Shown here: positions 8,337 to 16,311 of the stretch, in pieces
Numbering within the stretch: the stretch's first letter is position 1
How the letters are laid out: every line of letters begins with the position of its first letter
Source of the DNA: an uncultured archaeon
Lineage (GTDB): Archaea; Iainarchaeota; Iainarchaeia; Iainarchaeales; CSSED10-239
Length of the DNA stretch: 32,000 bases
Assembly (NCBI GenBank): GCA_964463155.1
Contig: CAYXAY010000001.1
Location: 46,207-78,206, forward strand
Reading direction: 5' to 3'
Position numbers and translations under genes: made by a program
Notes under the pieces: model-generated
Database searches by the model: none
The model's input: the letters and a program-made list of their open reading frames with translations, nothing else
What the model was told of the DNA's origin: nothing

Positions 8337-8813
8337 ATGTTATTAAATATTAGATTAAATAAAAAAGGCGTTTCACCATTAATTGCAACCATTCTACTTG
8401 TCGCAGTATCCTTGTCTCTTGCAGGAATACTATATTCTTGGGCATCACAAAACGCAAAAGATACAGTTAACAGCGTTACAGAAACTTCCAAAAAATGGAG
8501 AGATTGTAGTGCGATAAACATGTACATAGAGTATGGCTGTACTTATGATGCGACCACAGGAATAAGCTTTATACTTAACGATTCATCAACAGTAAATATT
8601 GATGATAACCTAACAGTAAGCGTGATTGATATAAACAATGCAATTAAAAGTTCAACGTTTGCTCCAAACTTTTCAGGAAGAGCAATGGTTATTACCCGTG
8701 CAATACTTTCTGACCCAAATGCACTTGATGGTTTGAATAAACCATTACAAAGAGTAAGAGTTTATGTTGACGGTTGTCCAGATAGGGCGGCATCAACAAC
8801 TACTTGCAACTAA
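8337..8813 (+). CDS. Archaeal type IV pilin-like protein (Pilin_N / class III signal peptide), paralogue 1
   Basis: N-terminus NKKGVSPLIATILLVAVSLSLAGILYSW matches the archaeal pilin N-terminal pattern: basic residues, G/A, then VSP(L/I)IATILLV. Exactly four Cys are present (C-x10-C and a C-terminal C-x9-C). Confidence 0.75.
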   Translation: MLLNIRLNKKGVSPLIATILLVAVSLSLAGILYSWASQNAKDTVNSVTETSKKWRDCSAINMYIEYGCTYDATTGISFILNDSSTVNIDDNLTVSVIDINNAIKSSTFAPNFSGRAMVITRAILSDPNALDGLNKPLQRVRVYVDGCPDRAASTTTCN

Positions 8814-8826
8814 ATAAAAATAATCT

Positions 8827-9306
8827 ATGAAACTAAAAGCAATAGACGCATTAATAACAACAATCTTGATTGTTGTAGTTTCAATAATTCTAATAACTAT
8901 AGTTCTTGCCTGGAGTAAAAATTTTACAACAGAAGGAGTAAACAAGGCAAACAACTTAATAGACGAAAAATGCAATCAAGCGACAATAATGATTGCTGAT
9001 TGTAGAATAATAGATGATGGTAATATCGTCTTTCAAATAAAAAACACAAGCAATAACTTTGATTTTGAAAGCACAGACATTTTCAAAGTTTCAGTCTTTA
9101 ATGATTCAGGAACAATGGATGCGGAAAAAGAAATAATCGTGGTTAACGGCACATGGAATGGTCTAGCAACTGGAAACACAGCAATAGCAAAGCTTTCACC
9201 AACTACAACTTCCTTAACATCAGGTTCTGGGGCATTAGTTAACCTGACAGTAAGATCAACTATCTGCCCTCTAGTTTCAACAACCACCAGAGGCTGTCAC
9301 AGATAA
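8827..9306 (+). CDS. Archaeal type IV pilin-like protein, paralogue 2
   Basis: N-terminus MKLKAIDALITTILIVVVSIILITIVLAW, with four Cys in the same positions as its neighbours (C-x9-C and a C-terminal C-x9-C). Several N-x-S/T sequons are present. Confidence 0.7.
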   Translation: MKLKAIDALITTILIVVVSIILITIVLAWSKNFTTEGVNKANNLIDEKCNQATIMIADCRIIDDGNIVFQIKNTSNNFDFESTDIFKVSVFNDSGTMDAEKEIIVVNGTWNGLATGNTAIAKLSPTTTSLTSGSGALVNLTVRSTICPLVSTTTRGCHR

Positions 9307-9369
9307 AAGCTTTTTAAATGTTTTTGTTATATGGTAATATAAGTATATAACATTTTAGGAGGAAAATTT

Positions 9370-9822
9370 ATGAATAAAAAAGCAATAGAACCATTGATTG
9401 CAACTATACTTTTAGTTGTTATTGCAGTGATTCTTGTTGTAATTGTTCTTGCATGGGGCAGAGACTTTACAGGCGAAGGACTAAACAAAGTAAGCGGGAT
9501 ACTGGACCCAACTTGTGATGAAGCAACAATAGCAATATCAAATTGTGATTATAATGACGCAGAAAATACAATAACATTCTTTATTAAAAACACAAGTAAC
9601 AGCTATGTATTTTCAACAAACGCATTTGTTGCAAACATTATTGATGACAGTAATGCCTTAAATAATGCCTTGGATACATCAGTTACTTCTAGTACAATAA
9701 ATCCGGGAGCATCAGCGTTAGGTCAAATGTCAACAACACTTTCAGCTACAAGAGTAACAGTTGCAGTAAGATCAAGTGCTTGTCCAAACATTGCAACAGA
9801 CACGGTAAAGAATTGCCAATAA
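9370..9822 (+). CDS. Archaeal type IV pilin-like protein, paralogue 3
   Basis: N-terminus MNKKAIEPLIATILLVVIAVILVVIVLAW. AGGAGG at 9357-9362 lies 7 nt upstream of the ATG. The four-Cys pattern is conserved (C-x9-C and a C-terminal C-x10-C). Confidence 0.8.
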   Translation: MNKKAIEPLIATILLVVIAVILVVIVLAWGRDFTGEGLNKVSGILDPTCDEATIAISNCDYNDAENTITFFIKNTSNSYVFSTNAFVANIIDDSNALNNALDTSVTSSTINPGASALGQMSTTLSATRVTVAVRSSACPNIATDTVKNCQ

Positions 9823-9843
9823 AATAGTAAATTTGAATAAAAT

Positions 9844-10296
9844 ATGACTTCAAGAAGAGCAGTTTCCCCAATAATAGCAACAATACTTCTTGTTGTTATT
9901 GCACTAATCTTAGTTGGCATACTTCTTTCTTGGGGTCAAAATTTTGTTCAGAGAAGCACTTCTGATGCAGACAACGCAATAGACAGAAAATGCATAGGCG
10001 CAGATATTTCTTTTAACAATTGTGATTACAATAGTCTCGGTACAGGAACACTGACATTTATCATAGTCAATTCAGGAAAAGTAGATTTTTCTTCAGACGA
10101 GAACCTTAATCTAATTTTGATAGACGATGATCAAGATCTAAATAACGAGAATCTAAACATTCTTGACGGCAGTGCCTTTAATAGAGGGGATTCAAGGAAA
10201 ATAACAATCAACAACTATTCAGCAACCCCACCAGTTGAAGTAACAATAAGAAGCAGTCAATGCAATAATTTTTTTGTCAAAACAACTTGTAATTAG
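9844..10296 (+). CDS. Archaeal type IV pilin-like protein, paralogue 4
   Basis: N-terminus MTSRRAVSPIIATILLVVIALILVGILLSW, with the conserved four-Cys pattern (C-x9-C and a C-terminal C-x8-C). Confidence 0.8.
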   Translation: MTSRRAVSPIIATILLVVIALILVGILLSWGQNFVQRSTSDADNAIDRKCIGADISFNNCDYNSLGTGTLTFIIVNSGKVDFSSDENLNLILIDDDQDLNNENLNILDGSAFNRGDSRKITINNYSATPPVEVTIRSSQCNNFFVKTTCN

Positions 10297-10796
10297 ATTT
10301 TGTCTATTTCTAATAGATTTATTTTCTTTTCTTTATTAACTATTGCTAGCACAAAGTTTGCATGTATGGTTTTTGCAAGCCTTTGAGATTTTATAAGATT
10401 TACAGAATCGATTTTACCGGGAGCAATAACATCAACAACCATCTCTGTGTGCGTATGCTCTCCATTCTTTGATTTCTTATATACTCTAAAATCAAAACCA
10501 AACAAGTTTCCTTCCTTAACAACAAACCCTTTCTCTGTAAGTTCTCTAAACACCAAAAGCTTGTCTTTAAAGCCATTAATTTCTATCTTACAAATTTTTT
10601 CAAGTTTCTTTAAATCAATCTTTTTGTTCTTTTTGTCAATAAGACTAATCTTTTTCTTCTCAAGAAAATAAAAACATTCAAAAAGATCAATACAAAAGTC
10701 AAGTCCTTTCTTAAACCCAAACCCTTTCTGTGTCAATTGGCTCTTAAGATTATTGTCTTTTACAATTCCTAAATTATTTTCCAGTATTACTTTCAT
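10293..10796 (-). CDS. endA: tRNA-splicing (intron) endonuclease, short homotetramer-type subunit
   Basis: C-terminal catalytic domain pattern FRELTEKGFVVKEGNLFGFDFRVYKK...HTHTEMVV...SQRLAKT. The 167-aa size matches the alpha4-type EndA. Confidence 0.8.
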   Translation of the reverse strand: MKVILENNLGIVKDNNLKSQLTQKGFGFKKGLDFCIDLFECFYFLEKKKISLIDKKNKKIDLKKLEKICKIEINGFKDKLLVFRELTEKGFVVKEGNLFGFDFRVYKKSKNGEHTHTEMVVDVIAPGKIDSVNLIKSQRLAKTIHANFVLAIVNKEKKINLLEIDKI

Positions 10797-10811
10797 TTAT
10801 CTCACCAGCAG

Positions 10812-11123
10812 TCACTTATATAAAGTAAACAGGTTTCTGTTAACCTCATAAAACAAACCAATCCTAACTCCCGCGTCAATCCAGCCATAAGCATAAGAAT
10901 AGGATGCAAGTGCTCTTGAAAAGTCTCCTTTTTCTTCAAGAGTTTTACCATCTGCAAGGTAATTCTTTGCCATCTCAAGATAGTTGTCTGCTATGTCTTT
11001 TAAGAAAGACTCGTTTTCAATATTTATTTTTATAGTACTAAGTGCTTTTTCCAAAAGCCCCCTATATTTCAAACAATATTCTTTAACATCTGTATCCATT
11101 AACACCATCTCTTTCAATATCAT
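10812..11123 (-). CDS. Small helical protein, possibly DUF357-like; function unknown
   Basis: A roughly 100-aa all-helical ORF containing ...FSRALASYSYAYGWIDAGVRIGLF.... The family assignment is from memory only. The start codon is uncertain: several in-frame Met codons exist and the ORF overlaps the end of dph5. Confidence 0.35.
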   Translation of the reverse strand: MILKEMVLMDTDVKEYCLKYRGLLEKALSTIKINIENESFLKDIADNYLEMAKNYLADGKTLEEKGDFSRALASYSYAYGWIDAGVRIGLFYEVNRNLFTLYK

Positions 11124-11820
11124 TTAGTTGCCCACAAACAATCAAGCTTTGTGGGAAGCTTTTGCTTTCTATTCTCTTATAGTACTTAAAATCAAAAGTA
11201 ATTATTTCTTGCGTTTTACTTGCTGCTCCGCAGATAGTAACACAAAAAACGTCCTTTAACTGATTTCCGTTCTCCTTATCTATGTCTTCAAGTATCTGGC
11301 AGGCTTCCTTTACAGTCATAAACCTGTTCTTGTCTGTCTTTATGTCAAGAAGGCACAGCGTGTGTGCATTTATCTTTAAATTATCAATTATGCAATCATA
11401 AAAGCTTGTAGGCCGATAGTTTCCTTCTGGATAAACAATGCTTGTTGTCTTTCCAAATTTATACTCAGACAATCCAGCGATTCCACGATAACTAAAAACA
11501 GATATTCCAGGGATAATGGTTGTTTCAATGCCTGCCGTTTTAGCATGCTCAATCAATGTAAAATGTGTTGTTGCAGAAAAGGGGTTTCCAATAACCAAAA
11601 GACAGCAATTGTCCTTTAAAAAAACAAGTTCCTGCTCAAGTTCTTTTCTGTCCAAAAGATTTATTTTCTTTTCAAGAAAGGTTTCAAGGTCAGATATTTG
11701 TCCTTCAGAAAATATGTTTGTATAATTATCAATATATATCTTGTTACTGCTTTTGATTGCCTGAATTGCCTCAAGAGTCAATTGCTTGACATTAAGTCCA
11801 ATTCCAATTATGTAAAACAT
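11083..11820 (-). CDS. dph5: Diphthine synthase (Dph5/DphB)
   Basis: N-terminus MFYIIGIGL..., then LVIGNPFSATTH and TTIIPGIS motifs of the tetrapyrrole-methylase-fold diphthine synthase. The start is placed at the Met beginning MFYIIGIGL (11820), immediately after the upstream stop codon. Confidence 0.85.
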   Translation of the reverse strand: MFYIIGIGLNVKQLTLEAIQAIKSSNKIYIDNYTNIFSEGQISDLETFLEKKINLLDRKELEQELVFLKDNCCLLVIGNPFSATTHFTLIEHAKTAGIETTIIPGISVFSYRGIAGLSEYKFGKTTSIVYPEGNYRPTSFYDCIIDNLKINAHTLCLLDIKTDKNRFMTVKEACQILEDIDKENGNQLKDVFCVTICGAASKTQEIITFDFKYYKRIESKSFPQSLIVCGQLNDIERDGVNGYRC

Positions 11821-11821
11821 T

Positions 11822-12220
11822 CTAATTACTATAAACTCCAATTTCTATATATATCTTATTATTAGAATTATTAATATACTTTATGGAATTAGACATTACT
11901 TTTTTATATCCAATATTATTGCCAATCTCTTTTCTTTTGTTGTTTATCCTAATATACCCTGGTGTTTCTGGAAAAAGCAAAAGATAGTTTTTCTCAAGAA
12001 CATCAATTCCAGAGATTTTAAGATATTGAGAAGTAACAAGCAAGTCTCCGATTTTTTGTTGTCTTAAAAGTTCAATGTTTTTTTCAGAAATATCTGTGCG
12101 GCTACCAGGAAAAACAAGAATAAGCAAAGAAAGAAAGATTAACGCAAAAAGTCCATCAACCACAAACATCTGTGCCTTGTTATTTACATTTAAAAAACTC
12201 AAGCGTCTCAAAGCTTCCAT
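11822..12220 (-). CDS. Hypothetical protein with class-III (type IV pilin-like) signal peptide, module 2 gene D
   Basis: N-terminus ...NVNNKAQMFVVDGLFALIFLSLLILVF has a basic residue, A|Q, and a hydrophobic helix with an acidic residue at +6. The rest of the protein has no recognisable family. Confidence 0.45.
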   Translation of the reverse strand: MEALRRLSFLNVNNKAQMFVVDGLFALIFLSLLILVFPGSRTDISEKNIELLRQQKIGDLLVTSQYLKISGIDVLEKNYLLLFPETPGYIRINNKRKEIGNNIGYKKVMSNSIKYINNSNNKIYIEIGVYSN

Positions 12221-12587
12221 CTACAACAACCCCCCTCACAATAACAGAATCCGTTTCTTTTAGAGAATCAAATAAAGTCTTTCCGGACAAACCAATTTTG
12301 CAGATCTTTTTTCTATCAATAGTAGATATCTTAGAAACATCCAAAACATTCTGATAACAAAGACTTTCATGATTTAAATATGAAAACGCAAGATAATTGC
12401 AATCAGTTATCAGCCTATCAACATATAATAAGTTTTCAAGTTCCTTTATGTCTTTTTGGGTTTTAAGATTATGATTAACAAAGCCTTCCAAAAGAACCAT
12501 CTCCAGATAAACAATAAACACAACAACCAATGCAAGGAAAAGAACATCAAGTACTAGTATCTGTGCCTTTTGACTTTCTATTTTCAT
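12180..12587 (-). CDS. Hypothetical protein with class-III (type IV pilin-like) signal peptide, module 2 gene C
   Basis: N-terminus MKIESQKAQILVLDVLFLALVVVFIVYL shows the same K-A|Q-x4-D pattern as gene D. Confidence 0.45.
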   Translation of the reverse strand: MKIESQKAQILVLDVLFLALVVVFIVYLEMVLLEGFVNHNLKTQKDIKELENLLYVDRLITDCNYLAFSYLNHESLCYQNVLDVSKISTIDRKKICKIGLSGKTLFDSLKETDSVIVRGVVVDGSFETLEFFKCK

Positions 12588-12753
12588 ATCCCACCAAATA
12601 TTCTTCCTTCATTCTTTCAATTACTATTCTGTTACTTGGAATCCTTTCAATCTTTTCTTTAAGATTAATATTAACATCAACAAAGAATCCAATAATTATT
12701 ATTATAATCAAAACACACAATATAAACTCCAAAGTCACAATTCCTTTTTTCAA
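12547..12753 (-). CDS. Small pilin-like protein (class III signal peptide), module 2 gene B
   Basis: N-terminus MKKGIVTLEFILCVLIIIIIIGFF has KKG|IVTLE with Glu at +5 followed by a hydrophobic helix. It is 68 aa and closely resembles the N-terminus of the ORF at 23198-23584. Confidence 0.5.
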   Translation of the reverse strand: MKKGIVTLEFILCVLIIIIIIGFFVDVNINLKEKIERIPSNRIVIERMKEEYLVGYENRKSKGTDTST

Positions 12754-13253
12754 GTGTAAACAATCACCTCAATACCGTAATTCTTAGGAAACGAAAAATG
12801 CGATTTGTTAAAGCTTGTTAAGACATCAAAGCAAAGAAATTTGTTTTTGTTAATGCCATTAGTTATTGTGTATCTCTTGACATAGATGTTAGGAGCTGGC
12901 CTAAGAACAATGACTTTTGAGATGACTTGCAGTTCTTCAAAACGTACCCTGCTTTTGTTATTAGTCTTGATATCCAAGATATACCAGTCTTCGTTTTCTG
13001 TTTCTTTTAAGTGTTTTACAATGCTATTGTTAATCTGCGTGTTAAGGGTAACGGGCTCTATATTTTTGGAATACAATTCGTTTTTTACAATTTCTTCAAA
13101 ATTGATTGCAGCGCTTTGCTTTTTTGTGTTTTGAATCTTTGCTATCAGGAAATCTGAGTCCGGCTCAATACGGTTACCCGCAACAGCATAAACAAAAACA
13201 GGAACAAACAACAAAACTCCAAGGCTCAAAAAGCCCTTATATTTTGATTTCAT
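12750..13253 (-). CDS. Hypothetical secreted or membrane-anchored protein, possible class-III signal peptide, module 2 gene A
   Basis: N-terminus MKSKYKGFLSLGVLLFVPVFVYAV (basic residues, G|F, hydrophobic stretch). It has a 4-nt overlap with the downstream gene B. Confidence 0.35.
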   Translation of the reverse strand: MKSKYKGFLSLGVLLFVPVFVYAVAGNRIEPDSDFLIAKIQNTKKQSAAINFEEIVKNELYSKNIEPVTLNTQINNSIVKHLKETENEDWYILDIKTNNKSRVRFEELQVISKVIVLRPAPNIYVKRYTITNGINKNKFLCFDVLTSFNKSHFSFPKNYGIEVIVYT

Positions 13254-13415
13254 TAGATATCTTATAAATTTTTCCCTTTATTTAACCCGCAGCTTGGTTT
13301 TTTTGTGTTTTTGAAGCTAATGTCGTTAGTCATACAATTTTACAAAAATTCTAACAAATCTTTTTAAATACCTCTATCTACAATAAATATATTGATTATA
13401 AAGGGGAAATAAAAC
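13254..13415. other. AT-rich divergent intergenic region upstream of orc1/cdc6-2; candidate origin-associated or promoter region
   Basis: A 162-bp spacer between the pilin-like module (-) and orc1/cdc6-2 (+). An imperfect inverted repeat, TTCCCTTTAT (13272-13281) and ATAAAGGGGAA (13398-13408), brackets about 115 bp of T-rich DNA. Confidence 0.25.
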
Positions 13416-14504
13416 TTGAAAAAAAACATCTTTGTAAAGGATGTCACTGAAAAAGTAACAAGCATCTTTAAAGATGAGTCTGTCTTTTACCCAAGCTATT
13501 TCCCTGAGGACATAAAATCAAGGGATAAAGAAATCCAAGAATTAAGCTATAACCTTAGGCCAATCTCTGAAAACAAAAAAGCTCGAAATCTTTTGTTGTT
13601 TGGTCCTCCCGGAACAGGAAAGACATTAGTTTCAAAATATGTTTTAAAGCAGTTTTTAGAGTTCACGCAAAAAGGGAAATTCATTTACATAAATGCAATT
13701 GAGGACAATACAAGATTTGCTTTGTATTCTAAGCTTTTGTCTCTTTACAACTCTCCTCTCCCAAGAAGGGGGTTAGGCATTGACGAGATTCTTTTAAGAA
13801 TAAAAGAAGAGATGTCAAAAACAGACTTTGTTCCAATAGTTGTTATTGATGAGGTTGACAAACTTGAAAAATCAGAAATCTCAACAATACTTTATGATCT
13901 CTCTAGAACGGAAGTTGGAAAGAAGTATTTTGCTTTAATACTTATAACAAACAATAGGGTGTTTCAGTTTTCCTTAGACCCAAGGGTTCAAAGTTCTCTT
14001 TTCTTGACAGAGGTTGAGTTTAAAAGATATTCTCCAATTGAGTTAAAGGAAATCTTAAAGGAAAGAATAGAGTATGGTCTGATTTCTAGTGCAATATCAG
14101 AAGACAATCTAGGCTACATCACAGGTTATGCTGCAAAGAATGGGGGAGATGCAAGGATAGCAATTGATATCCTTTATAAGTCTGCAAAACTTACAGAAAA
14201 GAAAGGAAACCTAAAAATAGATAAACAAACAATTCTAGAGTCAGAAAAATTGATTGATGCAGTAAAACTTTGCGAAAAACTAAACTACATTGATTCAAGA
14301 GAAAAAGAAATCATAAAAGTGATTCCTGAAATTGGAATAGATAGTGGAACACTTTACAAAAAGTTTTCAAAAGACTCAGACAGAACAATAAGAAGGCATC
14401 TTGATAATCTAGAAAACATAGGTCTAATAAAAATCAAGGAAAACATTTCCCAGAAAGGAAAGACAAGAAACATCAGTTTGACATTTAGTAAAGAGTTATT
14501 ATAA
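13416..14504 (+). CDS. cdc6: Orc1/Cdc6 replication initiator, paralogue 2
   Basis: Walker A GPPGTGKT, Walker B VVIDEVD, GGDARIAID sensor-2 region and a C-terminal winged helix. The TTG start at 13416 is preceded by AGGGGA. Confidence 0.9.
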   Translation: MKKNIFVKDVTEKVTSIFKDESVFYPSYFPEDIKSRDKEIQELSYNLRPISENKKARNLLLFGPPGTGKTLVSKYVLKQFLEFTQKGKFIYINAIEDNTRFALYSKLLSLYNSPLPRRGLGIDEILLRIKEEMSKTDFVPIVVIDEVDKLEKSEISTILYDLSRTEVGKKYFALILITNNRVFQFSLDPRVQSSLFLTEVEFKRYSPIELKEILKERIEYGLISSAISEDNLGYITGYAAKNGGDARIAIDILYKSAKLTEKKGNLKIDKQTILESEKLIDAVKLCEKLNYIDSREKEIIKVIPEIGIDSGTLYKKFSKDSDRTIRRHLDNLENIGLIKIKENISQKGKTRNISLTFSKELL

Positions 14505-14536
14505 ACTAATAAAAAACAAAACTAAATAATGAATAT

Positions 14537-15286
14537 TTACTCATTATCTACTCTTGGCGCCAAGTAGTATCTGACTGCAGCAGAACCGATTGTGTAGTTT
14601 AGTTCTATTGGCATGTCGTCTTTTAGCTTCAAGGTTATTGTTGTTTTTGCGTTTTTAATCATGTTTTGAAGATAGTCTAATGGGAACATTGCTTTTGCCT
14701 TTTTTCCTGAAATAACAATATCTCCTGCTTCAACTTCTTGCTTGAATTTTCCTTTAGAGCTTTGTGTCTCCAAAATGAACTTTTCGTCTCCAACCCTTAA
14801 TGTTATATGAGAACTAAAAAGAGCAGCGTCCTTGATTCCTGCTAATAATTGGTCAGAACCAACCTGCACAGTCACATCAAATGGTATCTGTGGAAGTGGA
14901 TGTTGCTGGTCTGAAACATCAATTAAAGGCATAGTAAAGGATCTTTTGGATTTTCCAATAAACTCAATCTGTATGCTTGGCTTTCCTTCCGTTATCTCAA
15001 TTGAAAGTTTATCATCTGCATTTGAGTGTGATAAAATCTGTAAAAGATTATTAATATTAATACCAAACGACAGCTTGCTTGTGCTTTCCTGCCCAATATC
15101 AGTAATGAATTCTTCAAAGGCCTCTTTTGGCATTACAAAGTCAACAAGACTTATTTGGCTAGGGTCTGTTGCTCTTAAATAGAATTTGTTCTTGTCAATG
15201 GTAAACAAGCCTTCATTAATCAATACTCCAATAGCATCTATACATTTATAAAATTCCTTTGCGTCCTTTATAACTAATTTTATCAT
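14537..15286 (-). CDS. pcn: DNA polymerase sliding clamp PCNA
   Basis: N-terminus MIKLVIKDAKEFYKCIDAIGVLINEGLFTIDKNKFYLRATDPSQISLVDF is typical of PCNA, as is the roughly 249-aa size. The ATG at 15286 lies 5 nt after AGGTGG on the minus strand. The track ORF starts at an upstream GTG. Confidence 0.9.
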   Translation of the reverse strand: MIKLVIKDAKEFYKCIDAIGVLINEGLFTIDKNKFYLRATDPSQISLVDFVMPKEAFEEFITDIGQESTSKLSFGININNLLQILSHSNADDKLSIEITEGKPSIQIEFIGKSKRSFTMPLIDVSDQQHPLPQIPFDVTVQVGSDQLLAGIKDAALFSSHITLRVGDEKFILETQSSKGKFKQEVEAGDIVISGKKAKAMFPLDYLQNMIKNAKTTITLKLKDDMPIELNYTIGSAAVRYYLAPRVDNE

Positions 15287-15303
15287 ACAATCCACCTCAT
15301 ATA

Positions 15304-16026
15304 TTATTGAAACAAAACTAATTTAATATATCCTATATATGGAATCCGCCCTATTTTTTTACCTTTTACTATGTTTTCTTTTATTGGATATAGATTAATA
15401 CAGGGCTTTTGCGCAATAATCTTTTCATTGACAATAGCGACTTCACAGTCCTGGTCAATAAAAACATTGGTTTTGTGATTGTCCCCTTTTGTAAGGTAAA
15501 AAACACCGTCTTTAGCATTAATCTTTACAATTGCTCTATGTATGATGTCTCTCCCAGTTTTATTTGAAGGATAAACAATAATATCATTTTTCCTGTCAAT
15601 AGCATCCAAAAGAGAAATGTTTTTGTCTGCAATCTTTATGCTGTCTGCTTCTAGCAACCCATATTGGTTTTTAGAATAACTAATCTCTGCAAACTCAGAA
15701 AGGTCCTTTTTTGCAACATTTTGATTAATGGTTACTTCTTCAACCGTTAGTTCCTTAGGATTTGTAAGAACAACAACATCTCCCCGATAAAGGTTGGGCT
15801 CCATTGATGAACTTACAACAATTGCCATAGGCATTGCAGTTCCAAGAATCAGTCCAAGTATCTTGTATATAAGCATTGCAAGCAAAAAAGAAACAATAAT
15901 ATTAACTATCCAATAAATAGCAGATTTCCAAAAACAGTCGGGCTTACCAATCCATTTTTCAAGACCCAAATCAACATAGTTAAAAGGGTCTATATAAAAC
16001 CAAAAGCTTCTTTTCTTTTCTTTCAT
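15304..16026 (-). CDS. Signal peptidase I (archaeal/ER Sec11-type, S26 family)
   Basis: N-terminal transmembrane segment, catalytic Ser box VVSSSMEPNLYRGDVVVL, then HRAIV and TKGDNHKTN boxes. Confidence 0.85.
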   Translation of the reverse strand: MKEKKRSFWFYIDPFNYVDLGLEKWIGKPDCFWKSAIYWIVNIIVSFLLAMLIYKILGLILGTAMPMAIVVSSSMEPNLYRGDVVVLTNPKELTVEEVTINQNVAKKDLSEFAEISYSKNQYGLLEADSIKIADKNISLLDAIDRKNDIIVYPSNKTGRDIIHRAIVKINAKDGVFYLTKGDNHKTNVFIDQDCEVAIVNEKIIAQKPCINLYPIKENIVKGKKIGRIPYIGYIKLVLFQ

Positions 16027-16304
16027 TTTTTGTTTACGGCCTTTTCAAGATTTTTAATAATTCCATTAAATTTTTCTTCTGCTTCAGCTATACAGTCTAA
16101 TAAAACATCTCTTGCTGCTTTGTCTTTTGTCCTTAAATAGATTGTAAATTCTCCAGTAAGGTTGTCTGCGTCTTTTTTTGAAACAAACTCAATGTCTTTC
16201 TTTCTTGAAGCAATATCTACTATCAAATCAAAGAAAGAAGAGTCTTCTCCTTTTACAGTAAACTCAATCTCGTTTTTGCTTTTGTTAATAAAATTTATAT
16301 CCAT
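16023..16304 (-). CDS. rpoL: DNA-directed RNA polymerase subunit L (Rpo11)-like
   Basis: A 93-aa ORF whose layout (NEIEFTVKGEDSSFFDLIV...IEFVS...) parallels the Rpo11 pattern ..LEIEIEGEDHTLGNLL...V.FA.Y. It sits next to csl4, as in the conserved archaeal neighbourhood. Confidence 0.55.
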   Translation of the reverse strand: MDINFINKSKNEIEFTVKGEDSSFFDLIVDIASRKKDIEFVSKKDADNLTGEFTIYLRTKDKAARDVLLDCIAEAEEKFNGIIKNLEKAVNKK

Positions 16305-16311
16305 TACTATT

